Assembly (NCBI RefSeq): GCF_004010195.1
Contig: NC_057711.1
Span: 81,014,714 to 81,078,713, forward strand
Direction: 5' to 3'
DNA: 64,000 nucleotides
Source of the DNA: Chiloscyllium plagiosum
Lineage: Eukaryota
Below the pieces are notes generated by a model. The model had not been told where the DNA came from, searched no databases, and saw only the letters and a list, made by a program, of their open reading frames with translations. The translations under genes were made by a program, and so were the position numbers. Below, in pieces: positions 23,446 to 37,228 of this stretch. The first letter of the stretch is position 1, and every line of letters begins with the position of its first letter.

Positions 23446-26004
23446 TAACAACTAAATCAAAACAGCTAGCATTGTTGCACTGACCCTAAAGACGTCATTG
23501 GAAAAATTAAGAACTCTTGCCATTTACAATTGCTTTCTCGAGCAGCTGCTTTGCTTTCTACTTCTTTCTGTTTGAAATCTAGCCAAATATAATTTCTAGG
23601 AAAAACACCACAAAGGAAAAATGGCATTGGCAGAAGCTCCTTAAGAGTTCAAATTTTTGTACAGCGATGTAAAGCATTTAAAATCTAAAATGGAAGAATC
23701 CCCACTGAAATAGAACAGAATGTTTTATAAAATTTCACCATGTTTTAACAAGAAGCAGGTGTAGATCTGTTCTGATAAAAGGCCACCAACCAGAAATGTT
23801 CATTCTATTTCTCTGTCCACCCATGCTTCCAGATCACCTAAGTATTTCCATTGTGTTCTTTTTATAATTCTGGATTCTTAAATACTGGGGGGAAATTAGC
23901 TGAAACGTTTTCAATGTGTGGACCCATGGTTTGTGGGTGGGTTGTGGAACTGTTGGTAACAACACAGCTGGATGTCAAAATGACATTGGAATTGTGACTA
24001 CTTCAGTTATATATTCACTTACGTTAAATTAACCTCCGATTAGTTTGTAACTGGAATTTTGACTGCCTATGTTAAACTTAGCCAAAAATACCCAGAATGG
24101 TCAATCAGCGATAAACTATCAATTCTATCTTCCTTGCAACATTGCTCATGTTAACACCTTTTGCTAAGGTGTAAATGGGTCCACAGTGAGATGTCTTTCT
24201 TTATCTTGTGTCACATACTCATATTGTACTTACTTACTATACTTAGAGAAACAAAAACAGAAATTACTGGAAAAGCTCAGCAGGTCTGGCAGCAGTCTGG
24301 TTGAATGAAATGTTTTGGGTTCAGTGACCTTTCCTCAGAACTGAGAACTATATCTACAGCATTTGTAGTGAGGACAGTTCTTCTGAGTTAAATGAAGCTG
24401 CTATTTGTTGCCTGTGACAGATCAACTTCATTCTTAAAACACTATTTGGAACCATCCTGAGATTCTGATATAATTTGATTCACAATTTTATCTTTCAAAG
24501 TTGTCTGAAATGTTTCTGAAATGTGTTTATTTATTAAAGCACTAATGCGTTGCTGACTTTGTCCTATTGCTGCTTTGAAGAATATACAGAAATTATATAG
24601 TCCTTCAGAATCGTTACATTGTCACTAGCATCGATTCAGTAGTGTTTATCCTCAATGTAGTGCAATGTTAGATAGGATGCAGTTCTATGTCACCTCAGAT
24701 ACATTCAAACAATGAAGTCTGATCAGTCATGAAGATACATTTTTTTTCCTGCACCATAAAAGCTGACAGAATTGACTCTCAGCAGAGAAATAAAGAATAG
24801 ACTCGTCCCTCCCTTTGGGATACTATAAGTAGTTGGATTTCCTGGTGAGTCAAGCATGTTATGAGCTCTTTCAATTGTCAGAAAATACTCAAATAATTTG
24901 TCAAAGACCTCATCTCAGTTTGACACTTATAGCTATATGAAAGAATATTTAAATGTTTAGAATATGTTTCTGCATATCCTTAGATCGTAAATACACCACA
25001 GAATTACAAAAAAACTGTTTTGTTAGAATGTTAAAATCTAACATTAACTTAATCCTTGTAGACATGTATTTTTCAGCTAATGGGACCATTTCTGGTAGTG
25101 AAGGAATGCACAAAGCCCTTTCATAAAAACGTAACATTCTGCCAAGTCTTTTATCCCACAAGGCTAATTGAATTTATGTTATGATGGATGATTTAATGGA
25201 TTCTGCAGAAACAAGTTAAAGACTCAACATTACTCTGGCCACAATTTTACTCATTTTACTTATGTGACTAATTAAAAGTGTATTTGGGAGAAAGGCTCAA
25301 GGAGGAGACAATTGCATTCAAAATCTGAACTATTTATAACATAGTGTTCTGTTTATAAAATATTCATCCATTAAGAGTCTTAGAACTTGGGAATAATATC
25401 ACCAAATGTTAATAGCTTGTCAAAAGAAGAAGAAAGACAGGAACCAAAAATGACTTGTAAAGCATATGCTTAAAAATCCTCTTTTGGACTGGAAGATTAA
25501 TGGGTGCATTAATGTGAACATGCTAAAAAAACAATGTATGATATCTTTATAGACAATCAACCCTAACTATGGCCCTCTCCCTTGAGATAAGCCCAAGATT
25601 TTCTGCAAAATTAGTAGCATTGTGCTCTAATTTGGAGGATGGATATAATTTCAGTTAAAGTTTTTCAAGCATTAAATATATGTGTTAAGTATCGGGTCGT
25701 AAAACAAAGCAGATTAATGCTTGACTGTAGAAATGATGAAATATAGAGGACTTCAGATTCCTTGGATATTTGAATTAGTTCGAAGCGAGAGAAAGTTATA
25801 CCAGGTTGATGAGTTGCACACCAACATGCTTGAGACCTATGTCCTCATGGGGAGGTGTACTTTTGAAGTGTTTAAATTAATTTTGAATGAGGAAAGATTA
25901 GAGAGTGAATAGACATTATGTAGGAGACTGCGAGAAACTAACAAGAAGAAAGAGTACTTTAGAAGTAAGAGAGGTCAATGTATATACCTAAAGTGTAGTT
26001 ATTG

Positions 26005-26130
26005 ATTTATTCTTCATGGGATGTGGGCATCACTGGCTGGCCATAATTTATTGCCAGTACCTAGTTGCCCTTGAGAATGTGGTGGTGAGTTGCCTTCTTG
26101 AACCACTAAAGATTGGTGAGCTGCAGGCAT
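26005..26130 (-). mobile_element. LINE/SINE 3' tail fragment
   Basis: gggatgtgggcatcactggctggcc...tttattgcc...gcccttgagaa, the reverse complement of the tail type seen at 44750-44810. Confidence 0.7.
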
Positions 26131-26669
26131 AAGCAACCACTTGGAATTAAGATTTTGTGACAACATTGGAAATCTGACTGAAGAAAGAGAATGAATAGAC
26201 ATTTAATATTGCTGCCTACAACATATTCAGGAAAGGTAAGGAAAGAAGAAAAGGAGTTGGGAGATTGTGGTGGCAGTGTTGCTCAAAGTGTTTGTTACAG
26301 CATGAAAGAAGAATGATAGACCTTTTGTTAAATATTCTTAGTTGAACAAGTGTTCAGCAGCACAACACATTCGCAACGCCCATTATTTCATGACACTGCT
26401 ATGGGTACTTGAGCATAAGGTGCTTTGACTTTTTCTTTGGCTGTTACAGAGTCAGTAGAAGTACTGTGATCACTTAGGTTGGAAGACTTTTGAAAAGTTT
26501 TTGACGTTGAAAGAGACTGGTGTTGGACGTGGTAATGTGATGGAGTTTGAAAACCAGTAAAGTAAAAGTCTGTTGTCACTCAGAGTTCTACAGAGAGAGC
26601 TACAGTTCTCCTTGGGCTGCCACATTAAGGGTGATGGAGCAGACAGTAGAGAAACATAGAAACTAGAAC

Positions 26670-27130
26670 AGGAGCAAGGAAAGTTGTGTCTGACTAATAT
26701 ATTAGAGTTTTTTGAGGAAGTCTCAGTGGAGAGAGTAGAACCAGAGGTTGTGTTTGTATTTGGACCTCCAGAAGGTGTTCAAGGTATCTCACAGAAGGTT
26801 AAGTCATAATACAAGAGTCCATGGTGTTGGAGATAGTAGATTGGCATGGATAGAGGGATGGCTAATGGACAGGAAACAGCAAGTGGGGAACAGGGGTTCT
26901 TCCTTAGGTTGGCAACTTGTAACCAGTGGGATTGCATGGGGAACAGTGTTGGGAGTGCCACTGTTTACAATATTTATTAATGACTTGGAGGAAGAAGGTG
27001 AATGTACTGTAGCCACATTTCGAGATGTTACAGAAATAGGTGAAATGGTAGGTTGCAAGAGGGATATAGGCAGTTTACAGAGATATCTTGATAGGTTAAA
27101 TAAGTGAGCAACAGTTGACAAATGGGAGAG
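26670..27130 (+). mobile_element. CR1 RT fragment
   Basis: ORF 26748..27107: YLDLQKVF.VSHRRL...WIEGWLMDRKQQV...VTSGI..GTVLG.PLFTIFINDLEE. Confidence 0.9.
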
Positions 27131-27134
27131 CAAA

Positions 27135-29920
27135 CAGAAAAGTCTAGTGGTAGGGGAATCTACATTAATGGTACCCTTTCTAAGCAGGATTGAGAGTCCT
27201 GCATGGTGTATTGCTTGCCTGGTGCCAAGGTGAGGGGCATCTTGAACTGGCTTGAAAAGATTTGGAGTGGGAGGGGGAGGATCCAGTTTTTGTGGTTCAT
27301 GTTGGAACCAACAACATCAGCAAGAGGTCCTGTTTGGGGCATATCATGAGTTAGGAACAAAATGAAAGAATGCAACATATTGGATTATAATTTCTGAATT
27401 TTTACCCAAGCCATGTACGAATTGGCATAGAGATGAGAAAAGTAGGAAGCAAATGTGTAGTTGAAGGAATGGAGTAGGAAACAGGGATACAATTTCATGG
27501 GCCACCAGCATCCATATAGGGGCAGGAAGGGACTGTACGTTGGGACAGGCTCCACCAAAACTGGCCAGGGACCAGGATCCTAGCAAAAAGCTCAGTAAGG
27601 CGGTCACAAGGACTGAGGTAAATGTAGGGGAGGGCTCAGGAAAGGTCATTCAAGTTTTCAGAACAAGTAATAGGACAAAAAGTACAGCAAGTGTCAGGAA
27701 TCTAACATTAGACACAGCAGATAAGGGGACAACTGTGATAGTGCGGGGGGGGGTTGTGGGGGGTGAGGTGCAATCAATGCAGGACTGAGGACATTGTACT
27801 TAAATGTATGAAGTATATGAAATAAGGTAAATGAGCTAGTAGCCCAGATTGAAATTGATGGTTTGATGTTGTGGGTATCACAGAGACTTGGTTGTAAGGG
27901 GCTCAGGACTGGGAACTAAATATCCAAGCATACGTGTCCTACTGAAAGGACAAGCAGATGGGTAGTGGGAATGGGTTGCCTTGTTAATCAGAAATAAAAT
28001 TAGAATGGTATCAAGAAGTGATATAGGGTCAGAAGACAAAGGGTCTGTGTAGGTGGAGTCGAAGAACTGCAAAACATAAAAAATATCCCTGATGGAAGTT
28101 ATGTACAAGCCTTCTAACACCAGTCAGGCTGTGGCGCAGAAAATAAATCAGGAGATAGATTGGGCTTGTAAGAAAGGCACTATTACATTAATCATGGGAG
28201 ATTCCAATATGCATGTGGTCTGGGAAAATCAGGTTGACAGTAGATCCTAAAGGAAAGGAATTTGTGGAATGTCTAAAAGTTGGCTTTTTGGAGCAGCTTG
28301 TGGTAGAGCCCATGGAAAATGGGTAATTCTTGGGTTTAGTGATTAGGGAGCTTAAGGTGAAGGAACCCCTAGGGAATAGTGACCACATTATGATAGAATG
28401 CACCCTGCAAGTTGAGAGGAAGAAGCTAGAATCAGAGGTAATGGTATTACAATTGAGTAAAAGTGACCACAAGACGTAAAGGAGACTCTGGTCAGAGTTA
28501 GAACATAGAACATAGAAAAGTGCAGCACAGAACAGGCCCTTAGGTCCACGAAGTTGTGCCAAGGTTTAATCCTAATGTAAAATATAATAACTTAACCTAC
28601 GCACCCCTCAACTCATTGCTATCCATGTGCATGTCCAGCAGTAGCTTAAATGTCCCTAATGATTCTGCTTCCACCACCACAGCTGGCAACGCATTCCATG
28701 CATTCACAACTCTCTGCATAAAGAACCTTCCTCTGATGTTCCCTCTATACCTTTCTCCTAATATCTTCAAACTATGACCCCTCATACCAGTCAATTCTGC
28801 CCTGGCGAAAAGTCTCTGGCCATTGACTGTATCTATTCCTCTCATTACTTTATATACCTCGATCAGGTCTCCTCGCTTTCTCCTTCTCTCCAGAGAAACA
28901 AATCCGAGCTTATTCAATCTTTCTTCGTAAGGCAAGCCCTCCAGTCCAGGCAGCATCCTGGTAAACCTTTTTTGCACTCTCTCCAAAGCCTCTGTATCTT
29001 TCCTAGAGTAAGGCGACCAGAACTGGACACAATATTTCAATTGTGGTCTCACCAGGGCCTTGTAGAGCTATAGCAAAACCTCATGGCTCTTAAACTTGAT
29101 CCCCCTGTTAATGAAAGCCAAAACCCCATATGCTTTCTTAACAACCCTATCCACCTCGGTGGCAACTTTGAGGGATCTATGTACTTGCACACCCAGATCC
29201 CTCTGTTTCTCCACACTGTCAAGAATCCTGTTTTTAATCCTATATTCAGCATTTGAGTTCGACTTTCCAAATGCACCACTTCACATTTATCCAGTTGATG
29301 GTAAGGACGACCTAGCAGAGAAGACAGTTGAGCAGTAATGGCAGGAATTTCTGGAGGTAAATCGGAAGGCACAGCAGAAATTCATTTTAAGGAATTGGGG
29401 AAAATGAGGCAACAAGGCTGGAGAAGTAATAATGGAGAACACAGAAATGGCAGATGAACTGAATCAGTACCTTGCATCAATCTTCACAGTGAAGGACACC
29501 AGTAGCATTCCAGAACTTCAAGGAAATCATGGAACAGTGATGAGTGTCATGACCATCATTAAGGAGAAGGTGCTGGAGAAGCGCAAAGGTCTGAAGATGA
29601 ACAAATCACTCAAGCCAGATGGACTACACCCCAGAGCTCTGAAGGAGATAGCTGGGGAGTTTATGGAAACAATGATGGTGGTCTTTCAGGAATCACTGGA
29701 GTTAGTCAGGGGCCCACAGGACTGGAAAATCTTATCCCTGTTTAAGAAGGGAGGGAAGCAGAAGATAGGGAATTATAGACCAGTTAGCCTGACCTTAGTT
29801 ATTGGTAAAAATTTAGAGACCATTAGGAAAGTGGGCAAGAAGTGGAATACAATGTGGGAAACTGTGAGGTCATGCACTTTAGTAGGAAGAATAGAGGTGT
29901 AGAACATTTTCTAAACAAGA
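27135..29920 (+). mobile_element. CR1 LINE remnant (ORF1 SGNH-esterase region, APE, RT start) split by a younger CR1 insertion
   Basis: VYCLPGAKVRGI and VVHVGTNNI (ORF1 esterase). NKVNELVAQIEI..FDVVGITETWL, IMGDSN and GNSDH (APE). ORF 29432..29902 has PDGLHPRALKE and NYRPVSLT. Confidence 0.88.
28499..29295 (-). mobile_element. Younger 5'-truncated CR1 LINE nested in an older CR1
   Basis: ORF 28597..29052 RPQLKYCVQFWSPYSRKD..ALERVQKRFTRMLPGL is uninterrupted to its stop. There is a (tagaaca)n tail at 28499-28517, and the host CR1 resumes at about 29296. Confidence 0.95.
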
Positions 29921-30825
29921 AACACCTTGCTGAAATCCATAGAGAAAACGTCTACTGCTCTGCCTTCATCAACTTCTTTTGTCACTTCTTCAAAAAACTC
30001 AATCAAGTTAGTGAGATATGATTAATCACTAATCATTTTTCCAGACTATCTTAGTGGGCAGTTTCTTTTAAGTGGAAATTTCATTGTGATTTAAACTAAA
30101 TTCACAAAACACTGTTGTCATTCTAACCAGCCTGGTGTTGTTACAAGTATAAAGGTGTTGTTACAGATATCTGGCTTTTGAGCTAAATGTTCTCAGTTCA
30201 GCGAATCAGGAGTACACCTTGGATACAGTACCCCATGATCAGGTAAACATTTGTACCGTACAATATCAGGCAAAACAAAAACATCAGACCCACAGATCAT
30301 AATACAGAAGCAGGTTAAAAACTGAAATCTCCATTTCTCTTTATAGGGAATGAACTAAAGTGTCAACCAGTGTGAATAATAGAAGGAAGCATTAAAAGTT
30401 TGAATGCAAGGAATAAAGGAGGAAGTCATTTTTTTCAAAAAGGAAATATATTTATGAGAAAAGTCAGGGAAGGCCAGTGAATCAAAAAATGAATTGTTCC
30501 TCTGAACAAGTGTGACTCTGGTGGGAAAGGAGGTCAAGAAATGTGTTGAGAAGGGAGAGAAAGTTAATCCATAAAAGAAGCAAGCTGTTAGTCCAGTTTC
30601 CCCTCTTGACAAATTTCATTTTTACAAATAATGGCTACATGTTAGAAGCATTTTAAATATTTTGAAAATTTTCAACTTCTGTTTAAAAAGTCTCAACAAC
30701 TCTCAACCCTTAAATATTTTTAATTGCTTGAATCTTAAAATGAGTTCAGTTCTTGCTTAAAGTATTTGTGCTGAAAAAATTCAGTTGATATTACTCAGTT
30801 AGATGGCATTTACCATTTACCTGGA

Positions 30826-31151
30826 AATCACAGAATCCCTACAGCGCGCAAACAGGCCATTTGGCCCAACAAGTCCACACCGACCCTCCGAAGAGTAATC
30901 CACGCAGACCCATTTCCCACTACTCTACATATACCCCTGACTAATGCACCTAACCTACACATCCCTGAACATGATGGGTAATTTAGCATAGCCAAATCAC
31001 CTAACCTGCACATCTTTGGATTGTGGGAGGAAACCGGAGCACCAAAAGGAAACCCATGCAAACACAGGGACAATATGCAAATTCCACAGAGACAGTCGCC
31101 TGAGGCTGGAATCGTACCTGGTCCCTGGCGCTGTGAGCCACCGTGCTGCTC
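30826..31151 (-). mobile_element. HE1-type tRNA-derived SINE
   Basis: Reverse complement of the 31781-32087 copy, with V-domain-like core (gtgtggaatttgca..gggtttcc..gtgctccggtttcctcccaca). Confidence 0.92.
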
Positions 31152-31167
31152 ACTTTTTGAAAAAATT

Positions 31168-31449
31168 TAGAATCCTTACAGTGTGGAAACAAGCCACTTG
31201 GCCCAACAAGTCCACACCGATCCTACGAAGGGTAACCCACCCGGATCCATTCTCCATTGCATTTACCCATAACCAATGCACCCAGCCTACACATCCCTGA
31301 ACATGATGGGCAATTTAGCATGGCCAATTCACCTAACCTGCACATTTTTGGAGCACCCAGAGGAAACCATGCAGACATGGGGAGAATGTGCAAACTCCAC
31401 ACAGACAGTTGCTCGAGGCTGGAATCAAACATGGGTCCCTGGTGCTGTA
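31168..31449 (-). mobile_element. Second HE1-type SINE, tandem to the previous copy
   Basis: Same body sequence, slightly 5'-truncated with an internal deletion. Confidence 0.9.
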
Positions 31450-31780
31450 CAATATCTTTTCTGGGTCATTAAACATAGTCAAATGTTTCAGGAGAAAATG
31501 CAGACTGAGATGAGACAATATCTCACTGGAATAGTCTAGCTCTAGACAATATTTGTATGAGTTCTTGTACATGTTTATCAATGAAAGTTTCCCATTCGTT
31601 AAAACAAAAAGGGAGAATGGTGTATTGTGATAAATTCCAGATTTCCCAGGCCCATACTTTTTTAAAAAGTTTCATCACGATATGTGATGACCCCACGTAG
31701 ATCATGTCCTTTGTTAGTAACACATTTTAAGGAGTTTGTAATGACACTAGTGATGGTGCATAAAAGATTTGCAAATCTTT

Positions 31781-32087
31781 GGGTGGCACAGTGGCACAGT
31801 GGTTAGCACTGCTACCTCACAGCGCCAGAGACCTGGGTTCAATTCCCGCCTCAGGCGACTCTCTGGGTGGAGTTTGCACATTCTCTGCATGGGTTTCCTC
31901 CGGGTGCTCCAGTTTCCTCCCACAATCCAAAAGGTGTGCAGGTTAGGTGAATTGGCCATGAGAAATTGCCCGTAGTGTTAGGTGAAGGGGTAAATGTAGG
32001 GGAATGGGTCTGGGTGGGTTACGCTTCGGCGGGTCGGTGTGGACTTGTTGTGCCGAAGGGCCTGTTTCCACACTAAGTAATCTAATC
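31781..32087 (+). mobile_element. Full-length HE1-type tRNA-derived SINE
   Basis: Pol III A box TGGCACAGTGG (31792-31802), B box GGTTCAATTCC (31836-31846), central conserved domain, CR1-like 3' end and taatc tail. Confidence 0.95.
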
Positions 32088-32249
32088 AAAAAAATGATTT
32101 TCAGAAGATTAATTATAGTGGTAGGTTGGAAAAGCTGAGGCTGAAAGGGTGGGCATTCAAAATCATTAGGGACTTGGGCATTGTTGGTAGGGAGAAACTG
32201 TTCACATTGGTAGAATGATTAAGAACTAGGAGCAAAACTTTTTTTGCCA

Positions 32250-33490
32250 GTTTCCCCAAATCTAATGGCGACGTAAAGAAAAGCTTAAGGATCAATGAGG
32301 TCATCTGTGTGTGGAACCACAGGAAAGGTACTAAAGCAATATTTCACATCAGTCTTTTTACTGTGGAGAAAGAAATGAAGGTTAGGAACTCAGGGATGTC
32401 TTGAAAACAGTTCACAGTACAGAAGGGGAAATGCTGAAGGTCTAAAAAGACATAAAGATAGATAAATATCTGAAACCTGATCATATGTGACCCAGGACAT
32501 TGTGGGAAATTAGGGAAGAAATTGTAAGGCCCCTAGCAGAGATATTTGTATCATCTACAGCCACAGATTAGGTACTGGAGGACTGAAGGGTGGTTAATAT
32601 TGTGCCTTTGTTTAAGAAAGGCTGTAAGGAGAAGCCTGGGTACTTTAGACTGGTGAGTCTGACATCAGTGGTGTGTACTTCAGTGCGTACATCAGTGGGG
32701 ATTCTGAGAGATACAATTTATATGCAATTGAAGAGTCAAGGCCTGCTTAGGGCTAGTCAGCTTGGCTTTGTGTGTGGGAAATCATGTCTCACAAACTTAA
32801 TTAGGTTTTTTGAGGATGTAACGAAACACATTGATGAGGACATATACATTGTCTGCATGGACTTTAGTAAATCCTTTGACAAAATTCTGCATGGTAGTCT
32901 AATTAGTAAAACTAGATCACATAGGATTCATGAAGAGCTTGCTAATAGGCTACAAAATTGGCTTGATGGTAGAATACAGAGGGTGATGATAGAGGGTTGT
33001 TTTTTCAGACTGGTGACCTGTGATCAGTGTCTTCTGCAGGGATCAGCGCTGGGTCCACTGTTGTTTGTCATATATAGAAACGATTGGGTAAGATTCTAGG
33101 ATGCATGGTTAGTTTGTGGATGCCTCCAAAATTTGTGGTATAGTTGACAGTGAAGAATGTTATTTAAGATTACAAAGGGATCTTGATCAATTTGGCCAAT
33201 GGCTGAGGAGTGGTAAATGGAGTTAATTTGGATAAATATTTACATTTTGGTAAAACGAACAAGAGCAGGACTTATACAGTTAATGGCAGGGCCCTGGGTA
33301 GTGTTATCAAACAGAGAGACCTAAGGGTTCAGCTGCATAGTTCTTTGAAAGTTGCAACACAGGTAGACAGGGTGGATAAGAGAGTAGTTAGCATTGTTCA
33401 GACCATTGAGTATATGATTTGGGATATCTAGTTAAGATTCTACAGGACATTGGTAAGGCTGCTTTTGGAGTACTGTTACATTCTATCTGG
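32250..33490 (+). mobile_element. CR1 RT-region fragment
   Basis: ORF 32590..33099: NIVPLFKKG.KEKPG.FRLVSLTSVV, GKSCLTNL, MDFSKSFDK, QGSALGPLLF. Confidence 0.92.
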
Positions 33491-34380
33491 TACAGCAGTT
33501 TTACTTCCAGTCATAGTTGTGTTTTGGATATAAATAGGTGCTTCAGCAGGACAGCTTACAACTGAAAATGTTAATGGGTAAACTTGGAAACAATGTAAAG
33601 GAGCTAATGAGAAAAGGAACAGCATCAATGTTTAAAAATAAACAACTTATTCAAAGCAACAGAAAGTGAGCATCTGATAGGCTGGGAGAAGCATAAAAAG
33701 CAAAAAAGTGATGCAAAATATGAAATGAAGCAAAAGAACATACTAAAAATAACATGCAAGGACATTGAAACTGACCACAAACATTTTATAAATGCAATAA
33801 GAAAAGAGAGTGATTGTCTTGCTAAATAAGTATTTAGAGTTTTTATTCATAACCGAGGATGAGAAAATAGCTGTGGTATTTTCAATAAATCAAGCAAATG
33901 AATTGAATGGATTCAAGTAACAGTAAGAAAACTTAAGTCAGTAAATGGTAGCCAATAACACAGCCAACAATGGAACTTATATACAAATATCCCCAAGGCA
34001 TGATAATTTCCAGGCTACTGTAGTACAATAAATATCCGAGGAAATTTCAGATTGATGCAAATAACTCTTGATTTGACACTTCTGCCTTGCAAGTGGAAAA
34101 TTCTAAATGACACAATTATTTCAGCAGTGAGGAAGAAATGTTGTAGTTTGGACACAGGCCCCAACATTGGGACTAAAAGTAGGTGCTGATTCGAATTAGG
34201 TCTTATGGCAGCTTTCGAGTTAACTCTGTAGAGGTGAGTAAGTGTAACTGATGCTGGTATCAGTTTAGAGAGTTTCTAGCTCTGCATTCACAGCTGACAT
34301 ACTTTCAGGTCCTAGCCACTGACTTCTAACCACTGGTGACTTGTTCCCTGGAAATCAGTAAACTGAACTACCTAGAGATT

Positions 34381-34500
34381 GATTTGGTGGTGCCGGTATT
34401 GGACTGGGATGGACAAAGTCAAAAATCACATGATGCTGGCTTATAGTCCAACAGGTTTCTTTGAAACTGCAAGCCCCAAAATCGTGTGATTTTTGATTTT
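34381..34500. mobile_element. Old fold-back PLE-terminus remnant (second family)
   Basis: ggtgccggtattggactggg..aaagtcaaaaatcaca ... gtgtgatttttgattt, matching the elements at 54645 and 55037. Confidence 0.75.
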
Positions 34501-34519
34501 ACTTTGACATTGGATGAGC

Positions 34520-35620
34520 CCGGTTGGTGCCATAGGTGACCTTTGTAGGTTTGCGTCTAAGGCGTAAAAGCAAAGTGGTAGTTTCTGTTCATGACGGACA
34601 GAAGGAGTAAACTTGCCTATCTGACTAAATAAGCTTGGACAGCAATTTAAGATAAAGTCAGCAGTGATAGGGTCAACTCAGGAACCTTGAAACACTCCTG
34701 GAAGTGCACCAATTAACTTATTTGGTCCTCCAAAGTGTTATTTTTCCTTTAGACTCTGTATGTAGCAACATTAGAGAAGAGATTTGGTGAAGAGGGAGTG
34801 TCCACACAAGTGGTGCCAATTTGTTTCGGCAGTCACATACATTATGAGGTGAGAGGCACGCATTCTTCACTGCTGACCCAAACGATAAAGTCACCATTAT
34901 CCCAGAGGACCACAGAACCGCTGTCACATTAGAGAGAGATGACTTGTGGTGGGTTTAACCTCAGGGTCATCATACCTCAGGTGGGAACTTGATGGTGGCC
35001 TGAGCTGGTGTAGGAATTGAACCCATGCTGTTGACTCAGTTACTCTGCATTGGAAACATGCCATCCAAGATAACCAACATCCCCTAACTGACTGCACAAT
35101 TTCTCTTGAGTTTAACCACATCCAAAAGGCATTTACGTAATTCTTTCACCTATCACTGGGCTACCAGGTTAGATATTGTGATAATGTTTCTACATGCAGT
35201 CGTCTATAATATGAAGAAAGGGGTCAAAATAGGTGAAGGGTGCTTTTTCAATTCATCTACGAACTGAAGAGGAGGTGGCATTAGAACTGTGAGGTTTTCA
35301 GGCAACTTGTCCATTGCTCATGGTAAATCTGGAGTGTCAACTCAAGAGGAGGAGTGCTTGAGCGCAGGGTCACAATAGTACATCTTGCTTCCACTGTCAA
35401 AGTACTCTTGTGTCCATCACTGGAGCGTAAAGATTCATAGAAACGGTGGTTGGGATAACACAAAGGGAACTCCTAACCTTCTACTTATTTGTTCACCAAT
35501 GCAGACCCGGATCTAGACAAAGATCAGAGAGCTAGAGATCAGCCATTCAGCTGCTCCTGATGGGAAGGAGGGAACCTCGGAATATGCACCAGCCGCTGCT
35601 GAATAATAAACACCTCTCCC
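34520..35620 (+). mobile_element. Highly decayed Harbinger remnant (Myb/SANT-like part, then transposase-like part), with a SINE inserted
   Basis: About 34560-34720 reads GVKAKW.FLF.TDRRSKLAYLTK.AWTAI.DKVS. About 35370-35600 has traces of H..YIL, WLG..KG and IE.AI.LL. By-eye match only. Confidence 0.4.
34887..35090 (-). mobile_element. tRNA-derived SINE of a family distinct from HE1
   Basis: Minus strand has B box GGTTCAATTCC (plus strand ggaattgaacc at about 35012-35022), an upstream A-box-like region and the body ccctgaggttaaacccaccac. Confidence 0.65.
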
Positions 35621-35749
35621 CAACCCATCACTCCACGACTACTGTAATACCCACTCTAGTCTTGATCTGGTATATGTAGAATGGATGGACAATGTACAAA
35701 AGATACCTCAACTTCCTTGAGGAATTGTCCCAGTGATGCTTGCACAAAA

Positions 35750-36105
35750 TCTGGACATGGATAGGGTGAATAACTAAGGTCTTTTTCCCAAGGTAGGGAA
35801 GTCCAAAACTAGAGGACATAGGCGTAAGCTGAGAGGAGAAAGACTTAAAAGAGGCCTGAAGGGAAACTTTCTCACATAGAGAATGGGTGTGTATGGAATA
35901 AGCTGCCAGAAGAAGTGGTGGAGACTGGTACAATTGCAACATTTAAAAAGCATCTGGATAGGTACATGAATAGGAAGGGTTTAGAGGGATATGGGTCAAA
36001 TGCTGGCAAATGGACTAGATTAGGTTAGGATATCTGGTCGACATGGATGAGGTGGATCAAAGGCCCTGTTTCTGTGCTATACCTCTCTGTAACTCAATGA
36101 TTCTA
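35750..36105 (+). mobile_element. CR1 (HER1-like) 3' end
   Basis: LFPKVGKSKTRGH..KLRGERLKR.LKGNF remnant; the 3' end is shared with the HE1 SINE tail. Confidence 0.9.
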
Positions 36106-36897
36106 AATCCAATGGCAGAATAGATGCTCCAGTGTTAGTGTCTTCTCTCAAGCCAACATCAAGGTAGCAATTCCACACAGTTGTTGGGCGACATTGTCTG
36201 CATGTCTGACACAAGATTACAAAACAATATCACTACTCCATCCTTCTTCTTAGCAAGCTGTTTCCTGGAGGGCAGAGAAAATGTTTCAAGGAGATCCTCA
36301 AAGCCTCCCTGACAAAAATGCAGTATCCTCACCGACTCATGGAAATCTTGAGTCCAGCGTCATCCAAACTGGAAAAAAAAAACACTTGTGAAGGAACCAA
36401 TCATTTTGAGCATTTCCAACAGGCCCAGATGGAGGCCAAGGACAAAAAAATGGAAAGAGCATGCAAAATCAAGAGCATCCCACCCACTCAACCCTTCAAA
36501 CCTGACCTGCTCAACCTGAGGCAGGGTTTCTGGATCCACCATTGGATGATTTAGCTACCTCAGGATCCACACCTCAATCATCCTCGTTCCAGAGGTTTGG
36601 CCAAGAGAGATGGAGAGAGATTTACTTGCTGTCTGATTTTCTTCAAGGTGCTGCCTCGTTGTCACCTGCAGCAGCCTGATCTTCCAAGATATCCCACGAG
36701 ATGGTTCCTGTTTCTCTCTGCAGCTCACTGACTCAATGGAAATGAAGCCTGAGGTTTCGGCATTGGGACAGAAGGCTTGATATTTTAGATCAATGCATCT
36801 TTATTATGTTTAACAATATAACCTGTTCTTAAAATGAAAACAAGATTTCAAACACGTCCAATTTGAATTCCACAAAATACTCACATTTCATTAAATC

Positions 36898-37228
36898 AAG
36901 TTATAGAATCTTTACACAACAGAAAGAGGTCATTCAGCTCATCACATTTGTACTAACCCTGCAAACAGCATCCCACTGAGACGCACCCCCATAACCCCAC
37001 ATGGGGTTTCTACCATGGCTATCCCACCTAGCCTGCACTTCCCTGGACACTAAAGGGCATTTTTTAGCATGGGTAATCCACCTAAATTGCATGTCTTTGG
37101 TCTGTGGGACAAAATCCACATAGACACAGGGAGAATGTGCAAACTCCACACAGAGAGTTGCCCAAGGTTGGAATCAAACTGGAGTCCCTGGTGCTGTACA
37201 GCAGCAGTGCTAACCATTGATACACGCT
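36898..37228 (-). mobile_element. Older HE1-type SINE
   Basis: gggagaatgtgcaaactccacacag and gcagcagtgctaacca match the reverse complement of the HE1 body and head. Confidence 0.85.

Noticed and set aside
31781..31850. tRNA gene
   Set aside because: The A and B boxes belong to a SINE head that continues into the HE1 body. There is no complete cloverleaf.
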